Part shown: positions 1-12,871 of the stretch, piece by piece
How positions within the stretch are numbered: position 1 is the stretch's first letter
How the letters are laid out: every line of letters starts with the position of its first letter
Assembly: GCA_051294375.1 (NCBI GenBank)
Contig: CM119270.1
Location: 6,561,556 to 6,625,555 of the forward strand
DNA length: 64,000 nt
DNA from: Paraspadella gotoi
Lineage: Eukaryota; Animalia; Chaetognatha
Direction of reading: 5' to 3'
The notes under the pieces: model-generated
What the model was told of the DNA's origin: nothing
The model's input: only the letters and a program-made list of their open reading frames with translations
Database searches by the model: none
Program-made: the position numbers and the translations under genes

Positions 1-911
1 TGGTCCTCCCCTATTCTGTTCCGCCTCCGCAAACTCCCTCCCTTTATCCTCTCCTTTAGTCACTCTTATCTCCCAACTCCCTTCGCGTTTTTCTCGTCTT
101 CGGTTTTACTCTTTTTTGGTCGCTATCTCAAATCTCTGGTGCTCCTCTCTCCATCTTTAGTCCATCGGCGAACAAATACTCAATACCAAAAAGTTGCCTG
201 GCCAGAGATCTGAATATTGGCGCAATCGTTTTTTATGGCAATCGGGGATCTTACCTCTTTTGTGCGTATTTTTTTCCGTCTCTTATATCGGTTACCACTC
301 GCATACTCCGTTAGATATCGGCTGCAGCTCAGTTCGGCCTCAGTTCACTCTCTCTCCTGGACCGTTGGAAATCATGGACACACCACACAACTCCTGCTCC
401 AGTCCTTGTTCCATGCCCAAACTCCTGTGTTCGACTTTCTTTGTGAAAAACACTTCACTATTCTGTATCCTGATCTCATGCGCCATCGTTACCCTCCTCT
501 TTTTCCTGCTCAGCTTTCCCTCTACTCTAATTACTCGCGCGAACGGTGCAACGTGCTATTTTTCCCGCTTTTTCCTCCACGTGTCACGCTTGCTACGCTC
601 GCCTCTTAAAAAGGATACAAGTCTTTTTCATGCTCCGCTACTCAGCAAATCTCAATTTTAACCATCGCCCTTTAACATTACGTTCACCTAACCTGTCTTC
701 CGCGGAAAATCCTTTTGCTTTTAGAGCCAAAGCATAGAGAGAGAATGAAACCGAGCACGCTATGATTTGACGACGAGCCACGAAGCGCGATGACCCGATG
801 AGAACCGTATGTTACACCGGCAGATATGCGCACGTAGAGAGAGAGAGAGAGTGTAGAGAGAGAAGACGAGAGCGACGCATATATTAGATGACGACCCTTA
901 CGAGAGAAAGA

Positions 912-2342
912 GAGACCTATGAATTTAAAGGAAGGCGTTTTTACCACGAAGTTCGAGTGGCGAGAGACGTCGAACGCCTCGCGGGTGCCCTATTTTCCCC
1001 TCCCAACTGGCCTACCATTTTATCCTCGCCTGCGAGCCAAATTAATCGCTAACTACAATACCGTACTTTTTCCATCATCTGTGGATGGCTCCTTGTAAAT
1101 AACAACGCTATATATATTACTGACCTCGAATAAAAACACAAGCACCTCCCAAATCCGTTTTCTACGCAATAATGTTTGATGCTTCACTATTCTCAAACTT
1201 CCCTCCCTAATTATGATTAACTACCCACAAACATAAGAACGAAATTCCTTTTCTGCTCTATTATCTTTCCTCGTTTGACCACGACTTTATACTACACAGT
1301 TACATGGGAATAACCTGACCCGGACCAGAAGCAAAAAAGAGAGGATTGCTCTGTACTTTTCAAGAGCAGAGATCGACAATCAACTAATCATGAAGAATCT
1401 CATCCGTAAGGACAGGATCATCAAACCTAGAATTTAACAGCAAAGTAAAGGCTTCGACGTTTATTTAACCTCATTGCTGTCAGAGGAGAACTATTCACAC
1501 TGAAAACCTTTTCCAGACCTGTTCCGCGGATTCGCCCTTACTAGATAGATTAGCACAGGTCGCATCCAAATGGAAACCTTTTACACGCGACGGCATTAAT
1601 GTCCTATATCTTTCGCACGGAGCGCGAGGAGGACAAAATTAATACACGCTGCAACAAACATCCGACAATACGAGAAAATATTAAAATCGACGTTAACCAG
1701 AGCTTAAGCTAATCGCGGAATATTTAGCGCAATGATTTTCGGAAGAGCGAATTTATAGATATAGTCGATATGAAACACTTTACAAAACAGCACAATACTT
1801 ATTAAAGAAGTGTACACACACTTACGCTTATGCAGTGAGGATCACCAAGCGCATGGAACGTCTGTTCCTCGGGTAACGTTATTATGACCCCAGACATTTA
1901 AGAAACAAACCACTATGGTAGACACGTGAACCTCTTGGAATTCTTTTCATTAATTAGTCTGAATGGAGAACAGTAAAAGTATGAAATATTATATTTTTAT
2001 ATAATCACAAACTTTGCATTTTCTGGTTTTAATTACGTTTGTTACTTTTTGTTATAACACAGTTATGTATATTTATATTTTTCCACGATCTGAAGATGTG
2101 ATAAATGATTTCTTAAACGATTTTGAATCACCGTGAATTATTTTTTAATCTCAAACCCTGCATTTAGTAAAATACGGAGTGGAAATATACTCTCTGTCCA
2201 GTTACTCGTCATCAAAATATGACTATATTAAAATAACAGAACACACTGAAATTATGATCGGACGAAGTTTGACATGCACATGAGCGACGTAACAACGAAT
2301 ATGGCTGGGACAATTACCATGCTCCAAATGGTATCCGGCAAT
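912..2342 (+). repeat. Insertion-expanded noisy copy of ~4405-5060
   Basis: Colinear anchors gaatttaaag..ggcgttttt.ccacgaagt (~921/~4412), acctgttccg (~1517/~4689), aacaaacatcc (~1653/~4762), aaaatacg (~2169/~4962); roughly twice the length of the other copy. Confidence 0.7.
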
Positions 2343-3330
2343 AGGGGAGTTGGGAGGAAAAGGGAGGGCTGAGAGGAAAAGGGAGGGAGTCGTGTAGAAA
2401 AAATGGAGGGAGTTGGGAGGAAAAAAGGAGGGAGTATTGGGAAGGAAAGGGAGGAAAAAGGGCAGGAGGAGTATGAGAGAGTCGGTCAAACACCAAGGGA
2501 AGCCATGTTTATGCTCTTGGTAGAAAGAAAAGGGACGGAGTGTGGGAGGGAAAAGCAGGAGGTAGAAAGGGAAGGAGTTGGGAGGAAAAAAGGGATGTGA
2601 AAAGGGAGGGAGCCGATTTTGCGGAGCGAAAAGCGTGATAGGAAGTTGGGGATGAAAAGGGAGCTATACTCCTTGAGAGCGAAAAGGGACACGAGCCAGT
2701 TGGGAGAAAAATCGGAGGGGAGTACTTGCCGGAGGTAAAACAGCGAGGGCAGTTGGGGAGCAGAAAAGGGGAGGACAAAGAGGGAGGGAGTTGGGCACCC
2801 GGGGACAAAGAGGGGAGGGTAGTTGGGCAAAAATGGCCCAAGGAAAAGGGAGCGGAGTTTGGGCACGGGACGAAAAAGGGACGGAATAAGGGTTGAGGGA
2901 GTTGGGAAGGAAAAGGGAGGAAAAGGGAAAGGGGAGTTGGGAGGAAGATATGGGGAGGAAGCAAGGGAGGGTTTGCGGGAGGGGAGAAAGGGAAGGTAGA
3001 GTTGGGAAAAGAAAAGGGACGGGAGGTTGGGCGAGGGAAATAGGGGAGAGGAAACAGGGAGGGCAAGATGTGGGAAGAAAAGGGAGGGAGTTGGAAGGGA
3101 ATAAGGTTGAGGAAGTTTGGGAAAGGAAAAGGGAAGGGAGTTGGGGAAAGAAAAGTGTGAGGAAAAGGGAAAGGATTGTGGTGAGGAAAGAGGGAGGTAG
3201 TTGTGGGGCCAACGCAAAAGCGAGGGGCAGACCAGGAGTTGGGAAAAGGAAAAGGAGGAAAAGGAGGGGAGGGAGTTGGGGAGGAAAACGCGGAGGAAAA
3301 AGGGAGGGAGTTGGGACGGAAAAGGGAAAA
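2342..3330 (+). repeat. G-rich ~21-bp minisatellite GGGAGGGAGTTGGGAGGAAAA; other arrays at 19170-19500 (-), 28035-28073, 39145-39521 (-), 39547-39590, 43050-43400
   Basis: Recurring gggagttgggaggaaaa core; a clean unit at 39562-39582. Consecutive units satisfy the G3-N1-7 x4 quadruplex pattern. Confidence 0.9.
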
Positions 3331-3529
3331 CACGCATAGTACTCAAAAGGAAAGAGAATGGAACGAATAAAATCATCTAATTTGAAGGCACGATTTCAAA
3401 GGAAAGGTATTATGGGAAATAAAAGAAAAGTACCTTAAATACGTGAATGGTAAGGCAAATAAACACTAAAAACAACACCAGAACGTGCTATAGGCCGAAA
3501 AGGCAACCTACCGGATGAAACGGGGTGGG

Positions 3530-4206
3530 GAGGAATTGAATCACAAACTCCCCTGGTGTCAGGTGATACATTGAACGCTCGGCTCAACGCTCTCTTACTC
3601 GGCGACATCGTAAAGGTACGGTTGAGTCCGTCTGTTCTCTTTGTATCGAAGTATCGACGTTGTGATTGTTGTCCGAGACTTTGTGATGTTTGTGAACTTG
3701 TGAGTATGTTTGACTGGTTGTTTCTGCGTGTGAAGACGGTCATTTATTTTTTTTCCCTTTTTTGCCAAGTGACTCTGGGCTTCTCTCCTCTCTCACCTCT
3801 CAAATCTCGTCTCAATCTGCGCTCTCTGCTCTCTCATCTCTCATCTCATCTCTAATCTCCTCTCTGCTCTTCTCTCTACTCATCTCTCGCTCTCAACGTC
3901 CTCCTTTCCTCTCCTCTCTTTGCCGCTCTCTCACATCTGCCTGCAGTCTTTTCCTTTTTGTTTACGATTAACCAAGAAAAAGTTCATGTTGTTTCCGCGC
4001 GCTTAATTTTTTGCGCAGTTTTTGGATGATCTTCTGTTTCCGTAATGATAGCCGCACGGAAATAACGAGTGTCAATGGCTGCTCCGTCATCGTCTCTCTG
4101 CTCTCTCTCTCTCATCTCTCTCGTACGTATTCTCTCATCATCTCTCATCTCCCCTGCTCGTCTCTCTCTCATCTCTCGGTCTCTCTCTACTCCTCTGCCT
4201 CGTCGC
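3530..4206 (+). repeat. Third copy of the segment at ~5190-5760 and ~22840-23430
   Basis: Shared ctcaacgctctc..actcggc.gacatcg, ctttgtatcgaagt, gagacggtcatttattt, ttttggatgatcttctgtt. Confidence 0.88.
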
Positions 4207-5707
4207 NNNNNNNNNNNNNNNNNNNNNNNNNTGTTTAAAAGTTTTTTTAATCTAAGAAAGAAGCATGATGTATCTTGTCTGAAAATTGTTGGCAGAGGAG
4301 AGAGAGAGGAGACGAGAGAGCAGTAGAGGAGAGAGAGAGAGAGAGAGGAGAGAGGAAGGGCGAGAGAGAGGAGAGAGGAGGAGAGGAGGCGAAGAGAGAG
4401 AGAGAGACCTTGAATTTAAAGTGAAAGGGCGTTTTTCCACGAAGTACGGAGTGGGGCGAGAGACGTCCGACCGGGTCACCTTGCGAATTTAATAAAAAGA
4501 TAGATTTAATTTTTTAATAAATAAATATAATAAACAAACAAACATTGTAAAAAGTTGTATTGTAATATAACGCTTTATCTAACGTTTTAAAGCTCTACCG
4601 AGAATTCTATTAACAAAAAATACTTCTCTAGCAGTCCAACTTTAAACCAATTATTGATTTTTGAGAGAACTTAACTACGTTTCTCAAAACCTGTTCCGGC
4701 CGCCTACTATAGATACAGCTATATAACGACGATATTTATTACAGGACGGCGACAAAAACGAAACAAACATCCACAGCAATGAGCGAATTATGTCGATTGA
4801 AAAACTCACTACTTTAAACCGACCCTGGGTCACTTATTTGACCCAACAACTGACCTCGATTCTTTTATTTATTGTTTTGTGAATTATTTTCATTTGTTTA
4901 TGTTTCTTTGTTTTTATTTTCCGTTGATGATTTGTCTCGAATTCATTTTACTCTCATTTATAAAATACGTGAAACTCGTGTCTCAAATATTTTTATAACC
5001 ACACCTATTTCGCGCGAAGTTTAATCTTACACACTCCACCGTCCAATGTATCGGCGGAATCGCTGAGCAAAACTCTCTACCCCATTGTCCGTTACCCTTC
5101 CTTCACACCACCCCCCTCACCCTCTTCGACCCACCGGCAGGGACAAAGGCCCCGACCGTACTTCGCACGGCCCACCTTCTCTCTCGACGACGGTGTGGGA
5201 TTATCACAACTCCTGTGTCAGGGATACATGAAGCTCGCTCAACGCTCTCTTTACTCGGCCGACATCGAAAGGAACGGTGAGTCCGTCTGTCTCTCTTTGT
5301 ATCGAAGTCGACGTTGTGATGTTGTCCAGACTTTGTGATGTTGGTATGAACTTGTGAGTATTTTGAGGTTTCTCGTGTGAGACGGTCATTTATTTTTTTC
5401 TTTTTGCCAAGTGACTCTCGCTTCTCTCTCTCTCTTCTCTCCTCTCTTCTCTTCTCTCTGCTCTCTCTCTCTCTCTGCTCTCTCTCTCTCATCTCCTCTC
5501 TTCTTCTCTCTCTCTCTCCCTCTCCTTCTTCACATTTGCCTCATCTTTCCCTTTTGCTTTCGATAACAGAATCCATTGTTCCGCCTTTTTTTTTTCCGTT
5601 TTTGATGATCTTCTGTTCCGTTATGATAGCCCACGGAAGATAACAGTCGTCAATGCGCTCTCCTCTCTCTCTCTCTCTCCTCTCTCTCTTCTCTCTCATC
5701 TCTCTTA

Positions 5708-5743
<36 letters not shown>

Positions 5744-5769
5744 TCTCTCTCTCCCTCTGCCTCGTGCCT

Positions 5770-6390
5770 TCACATTACAATGTGAGAATTCTTTTCTCTC
5801 TTCTTCTCATTCCCCCTATTTTTTTCTTTCATCTTCGCCTGTGAGATACGACGATAAAAAAGCATAATCAAATGAATCCTTCCGGGGATTTTCCCAGACG
5901 ACGCGTCGTTTCCTCCTCTTCATTAGCGTCATTTGTCGATCTTTTTCTTCGTGGTTGTTACATCGTTGTCGTCATTAGTCATTGTCGTTTGTTTTATTTC
6001 TTTTTTTTCTTTTTTTTCGTTTTGGAATTTAGATAAGCAACTTGGATTGTTTATAAATTCCCCCACATATAAAATATTTAATCTCTCTCTTTTCCCTTCA
6101 CCATTGACAATTGAGAATTCTTTTCTCTCTTCTCTCATTCCCCCTATTTTTTTCTTTCATCTTCGCCGTGAGATACGAAAAAGATATCAACATGAATCCT
6201 TCGGGGATTTTCCCAACGACGTCGTCTTCCTCCTCTTCATTAGCGTCTTTGTCATCTTTTTCTTCGTGGTTGTCATCGTTGTCGTCATTGTCATTGTCGT
6301 TGTTATTTCTTTTTTTCTTTTTTTTTCGTTTTGGATTTTAAGCAATTGATTTTTATAAAGTCCCCACATAAAAATATTTTCAACCCTTGA
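5770..6390 (+). repeat. ~325-bp tandem duplication (5770-6080 / 6097-6390)
   Basis: gagaattcttttctctctt..ctcattcccctatttttt and ttcctcctcttcattagcgtc occur twice here, but once in the duplicate at 23440-23745. Confidence 0.88.
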
Positions 6391-8078
6391 TTTAAACTTT
6401 TTCAACCTACGATTCTAAACTTTCTTATTTTCTTCGTCTTTCGATCTTCAGCCCGAGTGCCTTACCATTCTCTTCTCTTTCCTCACCCATCTACCCTCCT
6501 CCACTTCCTCCTCTCTCTCCTTACCTTTCCGTCTTCCGTTCTTACCTTTTTTCTTCCTTACCCTCCTTATTCTTTTCGCTTGTCTCCCGCGGGCGAATTC
6601 ATCCCGTAATCAATTACCAGGCGTCGACAGGCGTCGACAGGCGTCGAGGCGACAATTATTCCTAATCTCCTCTCCCTTTTTCCCCCGATCGTCTTACCCG
6701 ATGTTTACGATACAAACCTTACCCTAGCTTTGGTTTTTGCCATACCCAAATAAATTACACCACCCCTATTGGTCGCTTTCTCGATATTTGATTTGTATCC
6801 ATTTATAACGAATATTACAGCTAAAACCCCCAGCATTAAACCCTTACCCGTTTCAAGAAAGTACTCTCACCCTTCGGACCTACCCGTCTTCCCTTACCCA
6901 CTCCCACTCGCGAGGGAAACCAATCAGCGTTCTGCATTGAGGCGCAACAACTCTGATATGGAGAGAGACGGCGACGAGAACAGTGACTGAGACCGGAGAG
7001 AGAGACGAGACCAGAGAACGAGAGAGAGAGAAATCGGAGTGAGGATGAGAGAAGAGAGAGAGAGAGATGAGAGAGAGAGGCCGGAGGGGGGAGAGAGAGG
7101 ATTCGAGAGACGACGGAGGATAAACTAGGAGGAAGCAATGGATATTGAAAAAACAATATTGCGGAATTCCCCCGAGTTCATGTTGTTTGTGCNNNNNNNN
7201 NNNNNNNNNNNNNNNNNTCCTAATTTTTCAGATTTTATTGACAAACCTGCATATCTTTAAGGAGAATATGTCTTTAATTGGTTTTTACAAGCATTTTAAG
7301 GATCCAAATGAAGATTGCTTGAACCAAAAGTCAATTATTAACATTTGAAACCTTTTCGTAAATGCATACAACACCGTCAAACTTTTTTTCAATAAGTCGG
7401 ATTCTACAAAGTTCATCAGAATTGACTTAGTAGTAGTTGGTGAACCAACAATTCTCTAATTTGGCTTTGCTCAAATATCAGATTATAATATTAATCATGA
7501 TAATATTTTAATAACTTAACCTCCTTTTAACTAGTAGTATTAAACTGGATTCAAAACGAACGTACTTTAATTTAAGTCTTTTCTCCTCTGTGTGCGAAAA
7601 GGAAAAAAAATTCAAAAAATCTCAAATAAATCGTTTTTTGCAAACTCATCTCATTTATCTGTGAGTGAGAATCGACAAAAGCGCCTCTGCCGCTCGGTGA
7701 GAGAATCGCAGTAGGAACAAAAGTCTAACGAATCTTTTTTTTTTCNNNNNNNNNNNNNNNNNNNNNNNNNNNNNNNNNNNNNNNNNNNNNNNNNNNNNNN
7801 NNNNNNNNNNNNNNNNNNNNNNNNNNNNNNNNNNNNNNNNNNNNNNNNNNNNNNNNNNNNNNNNNNNNNNNNNNNNNNNNNNNNNNNNNNNNNNNNNNNN
7901 NNNNNNNNNNNNNNNNNNNNNNNNNNNNNNNNNNNNNNNNNNNNNNNNNNNNNNNNNNNNNNNNNNNNNNNNNNNNNNNNNNNNNNNNNNNNNNNNNNNN
8001 NNNNNNNNNNNNNNNNNNNNNNNNNNNNNNNNNNNNNNNNNNNNNNNNNNNNNNNNNNNNNNNNNNNNNNNNNNNNNN

Positions 8079-8770
8079 GCTCTTTCCCTGGACTTTTACT
8101 CCGCTCCTTCCCTCAACTTTTCAAGCTTTGCCTCATTTTCGTCACTCGCCTCGAATTTAGCAGAGGGTACGAAGTAGAACGCAGCAAGCAAACTATTGAC
8201 TTTGCAGCACGCTCAACGCGCGGTAGCCGCAGTTCGCGTGTGCGTGTTAAGCATTAAGAAAAAAAATTTGCCGAGTAAGAAATTCGCGAGGAGAAAAGCG
8301 CAGCTCAAGGATAAAAATTTTACGAATTAAGTAATTAGCATCGCTTCTCCTCCGCTCCTTCTCATTCGCCGGTGGCGATGATGATGCCGGAGCCAGTGCC
8401 GCCGACGCTGCCGACGCTGCCGACGCCGACGCCGAAAGTTGGCAGCCTGAGCTGATTCGGTTTGGGCGTGGCATCGTCGACGTAAGGTTGGCAGTTCCAG
8501 TTCCGATCAAAGAAACGAATGTAATAAAAACGCAAACAAAAGCTAAACGTCAAAAGTTTGTTTTTTTTAATTTAAACAATACGCTAACCTATTTTAGTCT
8601 TAAGAAAAAAACAAAACAAAACAAAGAGCAGAAACCACGACGTCTTCGACGACCGCTAGAGGGACGTCGCCGTTTTGTCTCTTCGAGAGCTCGCGTCGGT
8701 TTTTCGGGACCGGAAGTTAAATCGGGCGAAATCACGCGCGTCGCTTTTGATGGGAGGCGCGTGCGAGAAA
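8079..8770. other. GC/CpG-rich island, possibly exonic or a gene 5' region
   Basis: Three GC-rich blocks (8160-8245, 8339-8505, 8630-8765) separated by A-rich spacers; GCCGACGCT repeats; minus frame MPRPNRISSGCQLSASASAASAASAALAPASSSPPANEKERRRSDA, plus frame also open. Strand unresolved. Confidence 0.3.
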
Positions 8771-9242
8771 TGAAGAAAAAGAAAAGAAAAAAAAAGAAGA
8801 AAGGAAAGAGGAAGGAAAGAAAAAATATTTAAAGGAAAAGGGGAGGAAAGGAAAAGAATGGAAAGGGAAGGAAATAAGTTAGGATGAAGAGAAAAAGAAA
8901 TGAAAAAGAAAAAAGGAAGAGAGACAAAAAAAAAGAGTTTAACGGAAATGTCACATAAAGAAAAAAATAAAAATAAAGGAAAGGAATAAGAAGAAAAAAA
9001 GAATGGAAAAGAAAAGTAAGTAAAGAAAACAGAAAGAAAGAAGTGTGAGTAAAGAAGAAAATTAAAAGGTGAAAAAAAAGAAAGTATAACGGTTTGTAAG
9101 GGGAAAAAAAGAAAATTGAAAAAGGAAAAAGTACGACGCGTTAAAAACCGAAAAGGGGAAAAGAAAAAAAAATATCGTTTCCCTTCTTCGCCGCTCATTA
9201 GCATTTTAATTCCATTAGCGAGAAACACACACACACGGTCGG

Positions 9243-9278
<36 letters not shown>

Positions 9279-11081
9279 NNNNNNNNNNNNNNNNNNNNNN
9301 NNNNNNNNNNNNNNNNNNNNNNNNNNNNNNNNNNNNNNNNNNNNNNNNNNNNNNNNNNNNNNNNNNNNNNNNNNNNNNNNNNNNNNNNNNNNNNNNNNNN
9401 NNNNNNNNNNNNNNNNNNNNNNNNNNNNNNNNNNNNNNNNNNNNNNNNNNNNNNNNNNNNNNNNNNNNNNNNNNNNNNNNNNNNNNNNNNNNNNNNNNNN
9501 NNNNNTCTTCAGATTTAAAATTAAAAAAATCTTTTCTCTTTCCTCCACTTCTTCAATTCTTTCATTTCATTAGAATCTATAATCTTCCACTTCTCTCTCT
9601 CCTCTCTTCTCTCTCTCTTCTCTACTCGTCTGCTCTCTCTCTCTCTGCTCTCTCTCTCTCTCTCTCTCTTTTTTGTCAAGTTTTTCCTATGAAATTTGGT
9701 ACCAACCCATATAAAAATTATCCATTCATTTAATAAACTAAGCTTCTTTCCCTGACTTTAGGACTAGGGCTTTGGTGAGATGCGGTTTAAGGCCTCCATC
9801 CACACTTACAAGATAATAACATAGCAGGTTTACATATGTCGTTATTATTCTATATTTTTTTTGGGGGTTTTTTTTTCCTTTCGGATTTTTTTAAGGTATT
9901 TTTTTTTGTGTTTCATTCTTTTTAAGATTCTTTTATTTCTTCTCTTTTTCTTTCAATTCTCTTTACTTTTTTTTTTCAGTTTCCTCTGGAAACCTACCTT
10001 TTTTCTTTCCTTAATCTCGGTCATCCATTTTATTTCCTCATCATTCCACGCGATTTTCGTCGAGTCATAAAAAGCCTCGATGCCGAATATTTTCGTAAGT
10101 CGCTCAAAGAACTCGGCGTCATTCAACATTTTCCTCCACCCGGATATGTGAAAAAGGATCACTGAGGTCACTGGACTTGGTTCAGCGTCGTTCCAAGATG
10201 TTACAGAGGTTGTTGTTCGCATTTAAGGCCGCGACTTTCGTCATCGCTAATCTCATTATTCGACAGAGTTTTCCTCATCGTCGTGATCGTCGTATCGGCG
10301 ATTCGCGTCGTCGTCGTCGTCTTACATAGCGCGTCGTCGTCGTCGTCGTCGCTTGACTTGTGTTATAATCATCGCTTTATGTCGTCGCGCGTTTCCTCCA
10401 TAACCGAGACTCAAAATTCAAATTGTTTCAGTCAGTTTTTTTCCCTTTCTTTTTTTTCTTTCCTCTTTTCCGCTTTTTTTTTTAAACCAGATTTGGCTGA
10501 GATTTTTTTTGGTTTTTAAAGAGAATTTATGGCGAAGAAAGGAAAGAAAGAAACTGACTTGTTTTCTCTTTCATTCGTTTAAAATCGTTATAACACGCAA
10601 ACCAAAATAGTTTGAAATTAAATTAAAAGAAACCAATAGCCGACAGTTAATTTTATTTCAAATGTAACTACGTGTAACATACCACGGTTCTCAACTAAGT
10701 CATTTATTTAAAGTCGTGTGAACAGAGTCCATAGTTACTAAAGGGTTTTTTTTCCACATAAATTTGGCGCCAATAAAAAGAACAATTCTGAAAAAAAATT
10801 TACACGCGAAAAGTTTTTTGAATTTTTTAAAAATTTTTGCCTTTTTTTAAATTTTTTTATTACATCTTCTCTCCTTTCCTTTTTCTCTTTCTTCTTTACT
10901 TTTTTCTTTCATTTTTTTTCTCTCTTTCTTTCTTTCTTTTCCCCCAAAAAACTAGAGACATATGGGAGTGATTTAGTGGAAATTTGGGCCGCCAATATTT
11001 CGCCGCCTTCCTCCCCCTCGGTTCGTTTTGTTTCCCATTTCTTTGGTTCTTCTCTGTCTCTCTCTCTCCTCTCTCTCTCTC

Positions 11082-11134
<53 letters not shown>

Positions 11135-12409
11135 CTCTCTCAGCCCACTCTTCCCTCATTTACCCTGTAAAGCCTGTCCAAAGTCTCCCGAGGTTCAACA
11201 CAAACAGCTGCGACCTTCCCTCCTAATTTTCTCTTTTATTTTCCTATTTTTCTTTTCTTCATTTAGTTTCTAAAGTTATTGCTAACGTCTGGTCTTTTTT
11301 GTTGTGTGGATGCTAGTTTGGACGTTGGTTGGTGTCGCCTTCGCGTTCCCCTCCAACCTCGTCTTTTCTCTTTCTCCTCTGTTTGATTCTGGCCTTTATA
11401 TCCTCGTCCCTCTTGTGCGACAAATTTTTTCGTAGTGCGGAAATAATGGATAGAAAAAAAACTAGACTAATCATGCATATACATAATATACGTTTTTTTG
11501 GGCAATTTTTTACAGTTAAATAAGTTTTGTAAATTGATAAGTCGGATCTTTGTCTCGGCTCCACCGCTCGAACTATTAATGTCTTTTCCCACATCTTTCT
11601 ATCACATGCCTGTCATGGTCCGCTTTCTTTCCTTCCCTTACTCTTCTGGTCAGAAAGAGAAATTTGAGAATAGAAAAGATGGAAAGAGAGGACAGTTCTA
11701 TCTCTCTTCCATTATTTTGAATCCCTCTTACGTAATCTTATCTCTTCCCTCTTGTTTTCTTTCTCTTTCTCTCTTTTCTCACTTTCTCACTCTCTCTCAC
11801 TCTCTCACTCTCTCACTCTCTCTCTTCTCTCTCTCTCTCTCTCTCTCTCACTTACTCTCCTCTTTTTATTAGGCTCTCCCTCTTCCCTCTCTATTCTCTT
11901 TCATTGTTTCTATATCTCCATTCCTTCCTTTTCTTTCTCCTCCCTCCCCTACATGTTTCTTTACCACCCTCTCTCCCTCCCTTCTCCCTTCCTTTTCCCA
12001 CTCCCTCTCTCCGCCCACGCTTCCTGTTTCTTTTTTCCATAGAGAACGGAAGATGGTTGATTTCCATCCAGTTAAAAAGGATCCGGCTCGATTCAGAAGC
12101 GTACTCAAGAGCTAGAGGCACGAGGGGGGGAGAGAGGAAGAGGGAGGGGAGATGATTGAAATTATGAGCGTAGGAGTCCTATCGAGGAAAAGGAGGAAGA
12201 AAGAGGCGAAGTTCGCGAGTGGGTTGGGAAAAGACGAAAGAAAGGGAAGGCGCGTATTTCCTAAATTCACGAGTTTCAATGAGCCCAGAACAAATCACCT
12301 GACATAACCGAATGTGCCCATAAACTAGTGTGCGAACGGCGCCAGTTTGAGAAAGCCACATGCCTATGTTCCCTTGCCGCATATGCGCCAATTTTGGCGT
12401 TTACCGATT

Positions 12410-12625
12410 TTTAAGCCGCCAATATGCCAAAGTAGCATTTGCCAATTAAGCGCCTCATGCACCCAAATGCGGCATTGACCACTAAAGCGCATAACGGTGC
12501 CAATAAAACACCAACGGCATAATTGACGACTTTTAGCTGCCAATGTACCAATGCAGGCATTTACCAATTCAAGTGCCAAAGGCAATGTGGCATTGACGAC
12601 TTAAGCACGCCAAGTGCCATGGCGC
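12410..12625 (+). repeat. Degenerate ~35-bp minisatellite (TTAAGCGCCAATGTGCCAATGCGGCATTGACGAC-like), ~6 units; inverted copy ~50245-50457
   Basis: Units can be delimited at ttaagcgcc/taaagcgc/ttagctgcc/tcaagtgcc in the cleaner inverted copy. Confidence 0.7.
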
Positions 12626-12829
12626 GAAGCCAGGTCGGGGGAGTGGTGGTCGTGAGGGTGATACGTCCGAGGGAACTGGCTCGCTGATCGCTAGGGAAGG
12701 GGGGGGAGAGCGAGGCCCGCGAATGCTAACGGTTCGGAAAACGGCGAGGCGTGGCGCCACAGGGGGTCTTTAAAGAAGTACAGCTTCGGAAAGATAGTGA
12801 GGGAGAGAGAGAGAGATGAGAGAGAGAAT

Positions 12830-12871
<42 letters not shown>

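Noticed and set aside
2486-3376. 296-aa and 274-aa Pro/Phe/Ser-rich ORFs
   Set aside because: Antisense read-through of the purine-rich minisatellite.
6081-6100. atctctctcttttcc resembling the PacBio SMRTbell adapter start
   Set aside because: The adapter loop (CCTCCTCCGTTGTTGTTGTTG) is absent and CT-rich sequence is ubiquitous here.
12410-12625. CRISPR-like array (also considered for 59311-59553)
   Set aside because: Units are contiguous and degenerate with no unique spacers or cas genes; eukaryotic context.
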